NCBI GenBank assembly: GCA_050011565.1
Contig: JBEKIW010000004.1
Span: 64,001-128,000 of the forward strand
Source of the DNA: Dehalococcoidia bacterium
Lineage (GTDB): Bacteria > Chloroflexota > Dehalococcoidia > GIF9 > UBA5629
Direction: 5' to 3'
Length of the DNA stretch: 64,000 bases
Shown here piece after piece: positions 9,128 through 20,692 of the stretch; positions within the stretch are counted from its first letter, which is position 1, and each line of letters opens with the position of its first letter. Position numbers and translations under genes: made by a program. A model generated the notes under the pieces. The model was not told the origin of the DNA and made no database searches. It saw only the letters and a program-made list of their open reading frames with translations.

Positions 9128-10837
9128 TTAATTCCCGCTAGCTTCACGGATTAACTTATCAATTTTCAAGGCTATCGCTTCCAATGGCACCAGTTCGGCT
9201 TGCTTTTCCTTGCGCCATTTTAGCTCTATACTCTGGCTTTGCAGAGTGCGGGGGCTTATGGTTAGGCGCAGCGGTATTCCCAGAAGGTCTGCATCGTTGA
9301 ATTTGACACCCGGGGAATCGTCTCTGTCATCGTAGAGAACTTCAATGTTTCGATTCGTCAGGTCCTGATAGACCTTCTCAGCAGCTTCAGCAACATCTGG
9401 ATTTTCCAGACGGAGAGGGCAAAGGTAAACTTGATAAGGGGCAATGCTTAAGGGCCAGATAATACCTTTATCATCATGATTCTGCTCTATTGCTGCTGCC
9501 AGCAGCCTGCCAAGCCCGATGCCGTACGTACCCATGATAATTGGGCGCGACACCCCATTTTGATCAAGAAAGGAGGCGCCAAGTTTCTCACTTAGAAAAG
9601 TGCCCAGTTTGAAGACATGGCCGACCTCGATTCCGAGGCTAGAAAAGAGTTTACCACTGCATTTTGGGCAACCATCCTCGGGCCGAGCCGTGGAAATATC
9701 AGCTATTATGCTGACCTCGAAATCGCGGGGATAGTTAACGTTTTTGAGGTGAGTGTCCGGTTTATTGGCACCGGCAACGAAATTGGAGCCCAGGGTTATC
9801 GAATCATCGGCGATAATCTTGATTCCCTTCAAGCCAACCGGCGAAGCCGCACCAGCAACTAACCCGGCTGTACTCACTTCGGCTTCCGTAGCCAGGCGCA
9901 ATTCGGAGGATTTCAGGAGATTTCGGAGTTTCGTCTCGTTGACTTCCATATCACCTCTGATGACCACGAAGACGAGCTCGCCATCAGCAGAATAAAAGAC
10001 GGCTTTAAGCGTCTGATGTGGTGCCACGCCAACAAAATTAGCTACCTCTTCGATGGTTTTTATATTCGGGGTCGATATTTCCTCGACAGGTAAAGCTGTT
10101 TTCATCTCGAATTTGGTTTTTTCGCTCTGAGCTTTTTCCAGGTTCGCGGCGTAGTCGCAGTTTACGCAATGGATGATTCCATCTTCACCGGTCTCGGCAA
10201 TGAGCATAAACTCATGAGACTCCTTGCCGCCTATAGCGCCGCTGTCAGCTTCCACTATCGAGGCCGGTAAACCGCAGCGGGAATAAACGTTCTTGTAGGC
10301 CTGTATCATTTCTTGATATGTTCTATCTAAATCTGCCTCATCCGTATGGAAACTGTAGAGGTCTTTCATAATGAATTCACGGACACGTAACAGCCCGCCT
10401 CGAGGTCGAGGTTCATCGCGAAACTTATTTTGGATTTGGTAGAGCAGAAGTGGTAAGTCGCGATAGCTTTGCACAAAATGTGCAACAAGGTCTGTAATGA
10501 CCTCTTCATGGGTAGGCCCCAAGACTAATGTGTGTTCTCGTCGGTCGGTAATAGTGAACAGTGTTTTGCCGAAAGCAGTATATCTGCCTGATTTCTCCCA
10601 TAGTTCGAAGGGCTGGAGTGAAGGCAACATCAATTCCTGCCCTCCCGCTTTATCCATTTCCTCTCGAATTATTTGCTCAATTTTCTTGAGCACCCTCCAA
10701 CCCAAAGGCAAATAGGAATAAACACCAGCCGCTACCTGTTGAATCATGCCAGCCCGGAGTAACAACTGATGACTGGCGGTATCAGCTTCTGACGGTATTT
10801 CCTTTAGCGTTTTGCCAAACAAATTGGAAAATCTCAT
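9128..10837 (-). CDS. proS: Proline--tRNA ligase
   Basis: LGPTHEE, FRDEPRPRGGLLRVREF and GIEVGHVFKLG motifs; editing insertion present. Confidence 0.98.
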   Translation of the reverse strand: MRFSNLFGKTLKEIPSEADTASHQLLLRAGMIQQVAAGVYSYLPLGWRVLKKIEQIIREEMDKAGGQELMLPSLQPFELWEKSGRYTAFGKTLFTITDRREHTLVLGPTHEEVITDLVAHFVQSYRDLPLLLYQIQNKFRDEPRPRGGLLRVREFIMKDLYSFHTDEADLDRTYQEMIQAYKNVYSRCGLPASIVEADSGAIGGKESHEFMLIAETGEDGIIHCVNCDYAANLEKAQSEKTKFEMKTALPVEEISTPNIKTIEEVANFVGVAPHQTLKAVFYSADGELVFVVIRGDMEVNETKLRNLLKSSELRLATEAEVSTAGLVAGAASPVGLKGIKIIADDSITLGSNFVAGANKPDTHLKNVNYPRDFEVSIIADISTARPEDGCPKCSGKLFSSLGIEVGHVFKLGTFLSEKLGASFLDQNGVSRPIIMGTYGIGLGRLLAAAIEQNHDDKGIIWPLSIAPYQVYLCPLRLENPDVAEAAEKVYQDLTNRNIEVLYDDRDDSPGVKFNDADLLGIPLRLTISPRTLQSQSIELKWRKEKQAELVPLEAIALKIDKLIREASGN

Positions 10838-10895
10838 ATATTTTTATCCCTACCAGCGTTAAAGAAAGTTCGCAAGCTACGTCATTACTAACAAG

Positions 10896-11177
10896 TTATT
10901 CTATACTAAAGGGAGGATATTTGTCAGTTAGAAGCAGATAATAGCTGCTTACCCTCGTATACCAGCGGACATAGCCGGCGACAAAAGTGAAAGCCCATTT
11001 GGGATATTTACCGGTAAAGAGAATAGCCCACCAGGAGATGAAGGCGATAACACCGGAAGCAATGCCTAGAGCCCAAAGAATAATCGCGTGAGGTATAACC
11101 ATGAAGGCTCTAAAGAAGGTGGTTAGCCGTGAAAGCTTCTCCGAATAACTTGTGCCGACGGTTATTGGGTATTCCAC
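10896..11177 (-). CDS. DUF4389-like small membrane protein
   Basis: SRLTTFFR..IPH, ILFTGKYP and LTDKYPPF motifs. Confidence 0.75.
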   Translation of the reverse strand: MEYPITVGTSYSEKLSRLTTFFRAFMVIPHAIILWALGIASGVIAFISWWAILFTGKYPKWAFTFVAGYVRWYTRVSSYYLLLTDKYPPFSIE

Positions 11178-11260
11178 TTTATTCTCCTTTTTGTTTATAT
11201 ATGTTTACAAATGTCTTTATATTCTGTTCGGATGAAGTTTAGCTACAGGAATATATCTGT

Positions 11261-12313
11261 TTAATTTAGTAGGTTTTTAACTTCTGCCATAAGTGCCTTC
11301 AAGAAGTCTTTTTCAGCTACGGTGCTGACAACTTTGCCTTTTCTAAAAATGGCACCTTTGCCTCTGCCGCAGGCAATGCCGACGTCAGCTTCTTTCGCTT
11401 CGCCGGGACCATTGACAACGCAGCCCATAACAGCAACCTTGATGGGCTGGCTTATATCTCTTAAGCTGCTGTCTACGGATTCAGCAAGGCCGATAATATC
11501 GACTTCAGCCCGCCCACATGATGGGCAGCTTATCAAAGTAGGGCCGTGTTGGCGAAGACCAAGAGTTTTCAAAATCTCGTAGGCAGTGTTGACCTCTTCA
11601 CATGGGTGGGCACTAAGAGAGACCCGTATGGTGTCGCCAATACCTTCATCAAGTAGTATACCAATACCAACAGCACTGCGGACAGCACCGGCTCTGGGGA
11701 GTCCCGCCTCAGTTATGCCCAGGTGCAAAGGATAAGATATTTTGGCGGCTATTGCCCTGTAAGCTTCAACAGTAGTAGGCACGTCAAAGGCTTTCAGCGA
11801 TACTTTGATCAAATCAAAGTCTAAACTTTCCAGCAGCTTGATTTGCTCCAGAGCTATATTCACCATGTGCTTAGAGGTAGATATGGATGGCTTCGATGCA
11901 GGCGGTAGGCTTCCTGCATTGATGCCGATACGAATGGGCACTTGCCTTTGCCTGGCTGCCTTTACTACTTCGGTAACTTGTTCCGGCTCTCGTATATTAC
12001 CGGGGTTCAGACGAAGCCCATCGGCACCTGCTCTTAAGGACTCGAGGGCAAGCCGATAGTCGAAATGTATATCAGCAACAATTGGGATGGATGTTTTCTT
12101 CTTGATGTTTGAAATAGCCTGCGCAGCTTCAGAATCCGGTACAGCTACTCTGGCTATCTCACAGCCACAATCGGCGAGTTCATTAATCTGATTTACAGTA
12201 GCTTTTATATCTCTGGTGTCGGTTTTGGCCATTGATTGGACTGCAACAGGAGCATCACCGCCTATGGTTACGTCTCCAATTCTGATAGGTTTTGATTGCC
12301 TGCGTACTATCAA
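11261..12313 (-). CDS. ispG: HMBPP synthase (MEP pathway)
   Basis: VQSM, VADIHF, RLNPGN, CPSCGR and VAVMGCVVNGPGE motifs. Confidence 0.97.
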   Translation of the reverse strand: MIVRRQSKPIRIGDVTIGGDAPVAVQSMAKTDTRDIKATVNQINELADCGCEIARVAVPDSEAAQAISNIKKKTSIPIVADIHFDYRLALESLRAGADGLRLNPGNIREPEQVTEVVKAARQRQVPIRIGINAGSLPPASKPSISTSKHMVNIALEQIKLLESLDFDLIKVSLKAFDVPTTVEAYRAIAAKISYPLHLGITEAGLPRAGAVRSAVGIGILLDEGIGDTIRVSLSAHPCEEVNTAYEILKTLGLRQHGPTLISCPSCGRAEVDIIGLAESVDSSLRDISQPIKVAVMGCVVNGPGEAKEADVGIACGRGKGAIFRKGKVVSTVAEKDFLKALMAEVKNLLN

Positions 12314-13380
12314 GGTAAAATACTCTCTCCCTGAATAATATGTGTAACATCAAAGTAGCTTACCACAATAATCAGAAGCATTAGCACCGCGAAGCCTATA
12401 AGGTGGACAAGGCCCTCTCTTTTTGGGGATATCCTTTTTCCTCGCCGGACCCATTCTAAAGCCACAAAGATTAGTCTGCCCCCATCGAGACCCGGGAAGG
12501 GGAAGATGTTAATTATGGCCAGGTTTATACTGATTAGCGCGGCAAATTCCAGCAGGGGGCTTATGCCGGCTTTAGCAATCTGACCGGTGATTTCGGCAAT
12601 ACCTATCGGTCCGGTTACTTGAGGTGGTGTTCCTCCAATGAACCACCCTACCACTTCATTACGGAATAAAACGAGTATTTCCCAGCAATGAACTATACTT
12701 GAAGGCACCGCTTTCCAAATAGGGTCCGATTGGCGGACTGTTGTACTGTCTACACCGATGATATTGATGCCGGTTGCCCCTTGCCCCTCAGGCGGATTCC
12801 ATCTTGGCTTCAAACTTAGTTCCTTAGGAGGGAGTTCGTCGCTTTGAAGCAAAATATTTACCTGTGAGCCTAGGTAAAGCTGGATAAAATAACCAACATC
12901 GCTACGATTTTTAATTGTGTGACCGTTTATTGCTAGGATTGTATCTCCCGGCTCAATTCCAGCCATCTGAGCTGGTGAACCTGGGGCAACTTCTTGTACC
13001 TGTACTTTCTCGAGAATCATATTGTGCGGGATCATAAAACTGATAGAAAACAGTAATATGGGTAGCAAAATATTCATCAACGAGCCGGCACTGAGAACCA
13101 GAATTCGTACGGGGATGCTCTTGCTGGCGAGGCTTCCCGGCAGTGTTGGGTCTTCTTCTCCGACCATCTTGGTAAAGCCACCCAGAGGTATTGCATTTAT
13201 AGAATACGTTGTCTCCCCTCGCCTGAAGCTGATGATCCTGGGCGGAAAACCTATGCCGAATTCCTCCACCTTTACTCGAGCAAGCTTGGCGGTGATGAAA
13301 TGCCCAAATTCATGGGCGAAGACAAGTAATATTAGTATGCCTATAAAACTGACAATTGTAAGTACTATTGTTTCAATCAT
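12310..13380 (-). CDS. rseP: RIP (M50) intramembrane metalloprotease with PDZ domain
   Basis: HEFGH, NIFPFPGLDGG; conserved position between dxr and ispG. Confidence 0.95.
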   Translation of the reverse strand: MIETIVLTIVSFIGILILLVFAHEFGHFITAKLARVKVEEFGIGFPPRIISFRRGETTYSINAIPLGGFTKMVGEEDPTLPGSLASKSIPVRILVLSAGSLMNILLPILLFSISFMIPHNMILEKVQVQEVAPGSPAQMAGIEPGDTILAINGHTIKNRSDVGYFIQLYLGSQVNILLQSDELPPKELSLKPRWNPPEGQGATGINIIGVDSTTVRQSDPIWKAVPSSIVHCWEILVLFRNEVVGWFIGGTPPQVTGPIGIAEITGQIAKAGISPLLEFAALISINLAIINIFPFPGLDGGRLIFVALEWVRRGKRISPKREGLVHLIGFAVLMLLIIVVSYFDVTHIIQGESILP

Positions 13381-13384
13381 AAAT

Positions 13385-14512
13385 TTACCTTGCTGCTGAC
13401 TTCAGCGCCGTGTCTCTTGCCCACTCATCAGCTATTAAAATTTCTTCCAGAGTAGGGCTATCTATGCTCTGGTGTAAGCTAATGGTCTTGTCTATGATTT
13501 CTGCGATTTGGGGGAAAGCGATGCGCTGTTCAAGAAAAAGTTGGATAGCAATCTCATCGGCGGCACAAAGTACAGCAGGGTAGGTTCCTCCTTTTTTCCC
13601 GGCATCCAATGCTAGTTGTAGGCAGGGAAACATGGCACAGTTTATTGTCTCAAAGGTCAGCGAATTCAATCGTGCGAGGTTCATGCGAGGCAAATTATCG
13701 TTGGCTAGCCGCTCGGGATACGACAAAGCATATTGAATGGCGAAACGCATATCGGGGACACTAAGTTGAGCCTTAAGTGAGCCGTCAATAAATTCTACGA
13801 GAGAATGAATTATGCTCTGTGGATGAATTACTATTTCGATTTTGTTAAGGGGTATAGAAAAAAGCCAGCTAGCTTCGATTGTTTCCAGTCCCTTATTCAT
13901 CAGGGTAGCCGAATCAATAGTAACTTTTTTCCCCATTTTCCATACCGGATGTTCTAGAGCTTCATCAACTGTAACCTTAGATAATCTTAAAGGTGAATGA
14001 TGATAGAAAGGCCCTCCCGAAGCGGTGAGGATAAGCTGAGCTACCCCACCTTTCTCTCCTTGCAGGCATTGGTGTATGGCGCTGTGTTCGCTATCAATAG
14101 GCAGGATTTGTGCCTGCCGGAGTTTAGCCTCCTTCATAATAATTTCGCCTGCCATGACCAGCACTTCTTTATTGGCCAGAGCTATTTTTTTTCCTGACCT
14201 TATGGCTGCTAATGTCGGGGTCAGTCCTATTTTACCTGACGTGGCTACGACTACCATGTTGACTTCTGGATGAGTGGCAACCTCTTCCATCGAAGAGAAT
14301 TTGGTGTTGCCCGGAAGATTGAATCTGTGGGGTGAGTATACTAGTTTAGGCTGAAATTGACTTATTTGATCGCTGAGTAGGCTGGCATTTTTCCCACCGG
14401 CTAAACCTATTATCCTGAATTTGTCAGGGAAATCTCTTACTATGTCCAGGACTTGCTGACCTATAGAACCTGTTGAGCCTATAACGGCTAGTTTTTTAAT
14501 AACTTTACTCAT
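13385..14512 (-). CDS. dxr: DXP reductoisomerase
   Basis: GSTGSIG, LANKE, PIDSEH and LTASGGPF motifs. Confidence 0.98.
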   Translation of the reverse strand: MSKVIKKLAVIGSTGSIGQQVLDIVRDFPDKFRIIGLAGGKNASLLSDQISQFQPKLVYSPHRFNLPGNTKFSSMEEVATHPEVNMVVVATSGKIGLTPTLAAIRSGKKIALANKEVLVMAGEIIMKEAKLRQAQILPIDSEHSAIHQCLQGEKGGVAQLILTASGGPFYHHSPLRLSKVTVDEALEHPVWKMGKKVTIDSATLMNKGLETIEASWLFSIPLNKIEIVIHPQSIIHSLVEFIDGSLKAQLSVPDMRFAIQYALSYPERLANDNLPRMNLARLNSLTFETINCAMFPCLQLALDAGKKGGTYPAVLCAADEIAIQLFLEQRIAFPQIAEIIDKTISLHQSIDSPTLEEILIADEWARDTALKSAAR

Positions 14513-15303
14513 AATTTTGCCAGTTCTACGAAATAGTATACTATAACTCCCGTGAATATGAGACTGTCCACACGATCCAGCACGCCACCGTGTCCCGGTA
14601 CTAGGTTGCCTGCGTCCTTGACGCCTGTGTTACGCTTAAGCAGTGACTCCACTAAATCCCCAAGCTGTGCGAATATGCTGATAATGAAACCCGCAAGGGC
14701 TATCTGCCAGTAGCTGAAGGGCAACGTAAAGATTAAGCCGATAGTGAGAGAAGCCACAATACTGACTAACAGCCCGCCCATAGCTCCTTCCCAGGTTTTT
14801 CCGGAGCTTATTGACGGGGCAAGTGGGTGTTTGCCCCAGGCTCTGCCGACAAAAAAGGCGCTGGTATCATTGGCAAATGTGGTGAACATGGCCAAAAATA
14901 CTAATTCCCTGCCCGATTCCAAGCCTCTGAGTTGGACCCAGTAGCTGAGCATCCAGCCGATATAGAGGATAGCGGCCATCGTCCATACCCAGTTGGTAAA
15001 AGCCTGGTCTCTCGGGCGACGAAATAACAGCCAGATCAGGGATATAATTATTGCTGAGGTAATCAGGAAAGGTAATGTAGCCGGATATGGGCAGTGAGGA
15101 CTGGCGATTATAAGTAGTACCCAGGCGATACCGAAATAGGTGATTGGCTGCACTTTTAACCCGCCTGCCATTCGGTAGAACTCCCAGCTCGCAAGACCAG
15201 CCATGGCGGCTATTAAAAGTGTAAACCACGGTTCACCGAACCATATTATGGCGATCAGGAGTGGTAAGCCGACAAAAGCAGTTAGAATTCTATGCCTGAG
15301 CAT
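14509..15303 (-). CDS. cdsA: Phosphatidate cytidylyltransferase
   Basis: KTWEG, GDLVESLLKR..GVKD and PGHGGVLDRVDS motifs. Confidence 0.96.
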   Translation of the reverse strand: MLRHRILTAFVGLPLLIAIIWFGEPWFTLLIAAMAGLASWEFYRMAGGLKVQPITYFGIAWVLLIIASPHCPYPATLPFLITSAIIISLIWLLFRRPRDQAFTNWVWTMAAILYIGWMLSYWVQLRGLESGRELVFLAMFTTFANDTSAFFVGRAWGKHPLAPSISSGKTWEGAMGGLLVSIVASLTIGLIFTLPFSYWQIALAGFIISIFAQLGDLVESLLKRNTGVKDAGNLVPGHGGVLDRVDSLIFTGVIVYYFVELAKL

Positions 15304-15441
15304 ATTAATTCTTTGGCTCTGCGTGTCTTAAGTAGAGTTGGCCGCAGCGAGGGGCGTCAAATGTTGGTAGGGCTTGATTCATTGCATTTAACGTTTAGAT
15401 TTATTTGCTGAAAAGGTGAGGGCTCGAAAGTTACGGAGTTC

Positions 15442-15999
15442 TTAGACCTCCATTATCTCCTTTTCTTTGGTTTGTCCTATATTGTTTATTTTGTCCACGA
15501 AGTTGTCAGTAAGCTTTTGAAGCTGTTCAGAAGCACGTGCGCATTGGTCTTGTGATATTCCCTTGTCCTTTTCTGACTGCCTCAATTTTTCGATACCTTC
15601 GCGTCTTAAATTACGAAGAGCAATCCTAGAGTCTTCCAACCTTTTGTGAACTGCTTTGGTTAACTCTTTACGGCGTTCTTCGGTGAGCGGCGGAATGGGT
15701 ATGCGCAGAACACGGCTGTCGCTTATTGGATTCAGGCCGAGGTCAGAGGTGAGAATGGCTTTCTCAATGCTTTTGATTGAACTACTGTCCCAGGGCTGTA
15801 TAAGTATCATTTTGGCATCAGGGATTGAGATAGAAGCCATTTGGTTGATTGGAGTGAGGATGCCGTGATAATCAGCTTTTATATGCTCTACTAGAGCCGG
15901 TGAGGCACGTCCCGTTCGGATGGTCGCCAGGTCTCGGGTCAAAGCTTCGACAGCCTTTTGCATTTTGCCGTTGATTTCAGTGAGTATTTGCTCAATCAT
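15442..15999 (-). CDS. frr: Ribosome recycling factor
   Basis: IRTGRASP and PPLTEERRKEL motifs. Confidence 0.98.
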   Translation of the reverse strand: MIEQILTEINGKMQKAVEALTRDLATIRTGRASPALVEHIKADYHGILTPINQMASISIPDAKMILIQPWDSSSIKSIEKAILTSDLGLNPISDSRVLRIPIPPLTEERRKELTKAVHKRLEDSRIALRNLRREGIEKLRQSEKDKGISQDQCARASEQLQKLTDNFVDKINNIGQTKEKEIMEV

Positions 16000-16001
16000 T
16001 T

Positions 16002-17244
<1,243 letters not shown>

Positions 17245-17283
17245 GTTTCTCCTCCTTAATATATGGGTGGTATTATTGCTTTC

Positions 17284-18069
17284 CTATTTATTTTCATCTG
17301 GTGTAAAGATATGTGATTCCAGTAGTTGGCCCGGTTCTGTATCGGTTGGAGTGAGCTCAGCCCTTCCTATTTCGCCGGTCTCTTTAATCATCTTGCCTTC
17401 AAGAACGGCATCAGCTATCTTGCTGCATATAAGTTTTATAGCCTTTATGGCATCATCGTTAGCTGGAATCAGGTAATCGATATCTTCCGGATCACAATTA
17501 GTGTCCACAATAGCCACTACCGGTATGCCGACCTTTTTTGTTTCAGCCAGAGCTATCTTTTCCTTAGTTGGGTCTATGATAAATATGGCGCCAGGAAGGG
17601 TAGTCATTTCCTTAAAGCCGCCAAGAAGCTTATTTAGCCGGGCTATTTCCTTTTCAACCTTCATTTTTTCTTTCTTAGACAGGTAATCTAACTCACCTTT
17701 ATCCCTTTGGTCTTCGAGACGCACCAGATAATCTATTCTCGCCTGGATAGTGCTGAAGTTAGTTAACATTCCGCCCAGCCATCTTTGGTTGACATAATAC
17801 ATACCACACCGTTTGGCTTCATCTTCTACTATTTCCTGAGCTTGCTTTTTAGTACCCACAAAGAGAATGCTTTGCCCATTGCTGACCAAATCTCTAACAT
17901 AATTATAGGCCCTGTCCAGCATGACTACGGTCTGTTCTAAGTCGATAATGTGGATACCGTTGCGCTGTGTAAATATATAGCTTTTCATACGTGGATGCCA
18001 GTGGCCCGTGAGGTGTCCGAAATGAGCCCCGGCTTCCAGTAGTTGTTTAACTGAGATAGACTCCGCCAA
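17284..18069 (-). CDS. rpsB: 30S ribosomal protein S2
   Basis: [19 protein letters not shown] and PANDDA motifs; TTG start after GGAGG. Confidence 0.98.
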   Translation of the reverse strand: MAESISVKQLLEAGAHFGHLTGHWHPRMKSYIFTQRNGIHIIDLEQTVVMLDRAYNYVRDLVSNGQSILFVGTKKQAQEIVEDEAKRCGMYYVNQRWLGGMLTNFSTIQARIDYLVRLEDQRDKGELDYLSKKEKMKVEKEIARLNKLLGGFKEMTTLPGAIFIIDPTKEKIALAETKKVGIPVVAIVDTNCDPEDIDYLIPANDDAIKAIKLICSKIADAVLEGKMIKETGEIGRAELTPTDTEPGQLLESHIFTPDENK

Positions 18070-18149
18070 ATTGTAACCTCCTAATCATATTAAACAGGTG
18101 AAACCAAGTTTTTGCGACTTACATAGGATTTTTGCCAAAGCCGCTCATC

Positions 18150-18178
18150 AGTATAACATAAGGTGATTTCTGAGGCAA
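18150..18178 (-). promoter_or_regulatory. Promoter of the rpsB operon
   Basis: TTGCCT-17 bp-TATACT on the minus strand. Confidence 0.6.
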
Positions 18179-18294
18179 TTGAACACATGGGACGTTCATT
18201 TAAAATTAAGGTGGTCTGATAACCCAAATGAGATGATTCAGTCACCCAGGACAATTTAGTAGATATGTCAAAACCTTTCAACGTTAAGGTAAAG

Positions 18295-18325
18295 ACTTAG
18301 CCCCTCTAGATAAGAGGGGCTAAGT
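18295..18325 (-). terminator. Hairpin terminator downstream of the acyl-CoA dehydrogenase pair
   Basis: ACTTAGCCCCTCT-agata-AGAGGGGCTAAGT, a perfect 13-bp stem followed by CTTT on the minus strand. Confidence 0.75.
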
Positions 18326-18350
18326 GAAGTGCCCTTGCAGCGGGAAGCTC

Positions 18351-19484
18351 TTATTTTAAACCAATTTCCCGGGCTACCAGCTCCCTGTGGTAGTCAGTAC
18401 TACCGAAAGAGGTGTCTGCAGCTTTTGACCTGCGATAATAAAGTGGTATATCGTGGTCATAGCTGGTGGCAATACCGCCGTGTAATCTTATTGCCCATTG
18501 TCCCACATCCTTATAAACCTCGTTGATATATGCCTTTGCCAAGGAGGCTTCTTTGGCACAGGGTTGTCCCTCTGATTCCATCCAGGCTGCCTGATAGACT
18601 AAATAACGGCCGGTTTGCATTGACGTCCACATGTTAGCCATTATGTGCTGAAGTGCCTGGAAGGCTCCGATAGGTCTTTCGTACTGAACCCTTTCTTTTG
18701 AGTACGCGACGGTCATTTCGATGCATGTTTGCATGGCCCCGACGGACTCTGCGCACTTAGCAATAGACCCTTTGCGCAACATCATTTCCACAATAGGCCA
18801 TCCTGCGTCTATCTTGCCCAGCATGTTTTTCTTGGGTACAGCTACGTTCTCAAAGCGCACCTCGCACAGTTTATCTGCGCCTATAGTTGGTATTACTTCG
18901 CAGTGTATTCCAGGGGTCTTGGAGTTCACTAGAAACAGTGTGATTCCTTTCTCTGGAGAATCCCCGTCTTTGGTTCGGGTAACACAGACGATATAATTAG
19001 CAACATGGGCCATTTCAACAAAGAGCTTTGTGCCATTTATTATGAAGTCATCCCCTTTAGGTGTTGCTTTGACGGAAATTCCAGAAGCATCGAAGGTCCC
19101 TTCAGCCTCCAGAAGCGCCATAGTCATAATCAAACCTCCGCTGGCTATTTTGGGTAGGAACTCTTTCTTTTGTTCCTCGGTCCCGGCTTCCAGGATAGGG
19201 AAGGTACTTATTACCGTAGGAATCAGCGGTCCCGGGAGTATATTTCTGCCTACCTCCTCTAACAGGACTGTCAGGTCCTGGAAGGTATAACCAATACCCT
19301 CGTATTGTTCAGGGATAACCAACGCCATCCATCCCAGCTCAGCCATCTTCTTCCAGAGCTCGGGGGAATATCCCTTCTCACTCTTTTCAAGCTCTCTCAC
19401 CAGAGTTTTTGGGCATTCCGTGGTAAGGAAGTCCCGTGATGCTTTCTTCAGAATCTCTTGTGCTTCAGTAAATCTAAGGTCCAT
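18351..19484 (-). CDS. Acyl-CoA dehydrogenase family protein (probably the non-catalytic subunit of a heteromer)
   Basis: INGTKLFV, RVQYERPIGAFQALQH and LHGGI motifs; C-terminal FGS instead of EGT. Confidence 0.9.
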   Translation of the reverse strand: MDLRFTEAQEILKKASRDFLTTECPKTLVRELEKSEKGYSPELWKKMAELGWMALVIPEQYEGIGYTFQDLTVLLEEVGRNILPGPLIPTVISTFPILEAGTEEQKKEFLPKIASGGLIMTMALLEAEGTFDASGISVKATPKGDDFIINGTKLFVEMAHVANYIVCVTRTKDGDSPEKGITLFLVNSKTPGIHCEVIPTIGADKLCEVRFENVAVPKKNMLGKIDAGWPIVEMMLRKGSIAKCAESVGAMQTCIEMTVAYSKERVQYERPIGAFQALQHIMANMWTSMQTGRYLVYQAAWMESEGQPCAKEASLAKAYINEVYKDVGQWAIRLHGGIATSYDHDIPLYYRRSKAADTSFGSTDYHRELVAREIGLK

Positions 19485-19507
19485 GATTCCTCCTATCGAA
19501 ACTTAAT

Positions 19508-20692
19508 TTATTTCATCCGGGGTAAGCCCAAGCCGTACCAGGCGATGATATTCCTTTGTATCTCGTTTGTACCCATGGAGATTATGGTTACGAAACACTC
19601 TTGGAATTTTTTCTCCCAGGCTCCGTGCATTGGGGCCCAGCGGGAGTTTTTGACCTGACCATACGGGCCTGCGATGTCAGTGGCAACGAAAGCGAAGCGC
19701 TCGCCTAGCTCACTATAGAATATCTTTGCTGCTGACGCATCCATCAGTGCCATCTCGTTCCTGTTTTGCAAGTCAGCTATTCGATAGGCGATGGCTTTGG
19801 CTGCTTCCAGTTCGCAGGCTAGCTGTGCCACCCGGTTGCGTACCAACGGGTCTTTCGACAGAAGTTTCCCGTTCCGTTTGGTTGTATTACAAAATTCGAC
19901 CAGCTCTTCTAGTTCGCGGTACATGCCCATGATTTCACCCATTCCAGACCTCTCGAAGCCGGCTAAGAGATTGACTATAGCCCAGCCTTCGTTTTCCTGG
20001 CCCACGATGTTTTTCGCCGGCACATGAACATCATCGAAGTAAACTTCAGCAAACGGGGCATCGCCATCAATATAGGGAATGGGTCGTACTGTTACGCCAG
20101 GGGTTTTCATATCGAGCAAGAGGAAGGTGATATTGTGGTGTTTGCGAGCTGCTGGGTCTGTCTTAAATACTCCAAACCCCCAATCAGCCCGATGAGCACC
20201 GGTATTCCAGGTCTTCTGGCCATTAATAACGTATTCATCACCCTTTTTTATTGCGGTGGCTGACAGAGTGGCCAAATCCGAGCCCGCATTTGGTTCGCTC
20301 CACAATTCGCACCACATAACCTCTCCTCGTGCAATGGGCGGCAGAAATTCTTTCTTTATTGGGTCGCTTGCCGCCTGTAGAAGGGTAGGAGCGAGCATTT
20401 GGATTCCAAAGATATCGACTCCAGGAATCCCGTGATATCCTCTTGCTTCGGCGAAGAGGACTTTGTCCATCATGGTGCCACTACCGCCGTATTCAGCGGG
20501 CCAGGCTAGACCAAGCCATCCCTTTTTAGCGAATTCCTTGGCGCAGTAAAGGTGGAATTGCCAGCATTCATCAACCTCAAACACGGCCTCCAATCCGATA
20601 AAACTTGCCGGCCTTTTTTTCTCGAGCTCCTTACAGAAATCGAAATACTCCTTTCTGTGCGCCTTTTCTTCTTGTGTTAGCTCAAAATCCAT
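19508..20692 (-). CDS. Acyl-CoA dehydrogenase family protein
   Basis: SEPNAGSDL, INGQKTW, GFER and GTNEIQRNIIA motifs. Confidence 0.92.
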   Translation of the reverse strand: MDFELTQEEKAHRKEYFDFCKELEKKRPASFIGLEAVFEVDECWQFHLYCAKEFAKKGWLGLAWPAEYGGSGTMMDKVLFAEARGYHGIPGVDIFGIQMLAPTLLQAASDPIKKEFLPPIARGEVMWCELWSEPNAGSDLATLSATAIKKGDEYVINGQKTWNTGAHRADWGFGVFKTDPAARKHHNITFLLLDMKTPGVTVRPIPYIDGDAPFAEVYFDDVHVPAKNIVGQENEGWAIVNLLAGFERSGMGEIMGMYRELEELVEFCNTTKRNGKLLSKDPLVRNRVAQLACELEAAKAIAYRIADLQNRNEMALMDASAAKIFYSELGERFAFVATDIAGPYGQVKNSRWAPMHGAWEKKFQECFVTIISMGTNEIQRNIIAWYGLGLPRMK

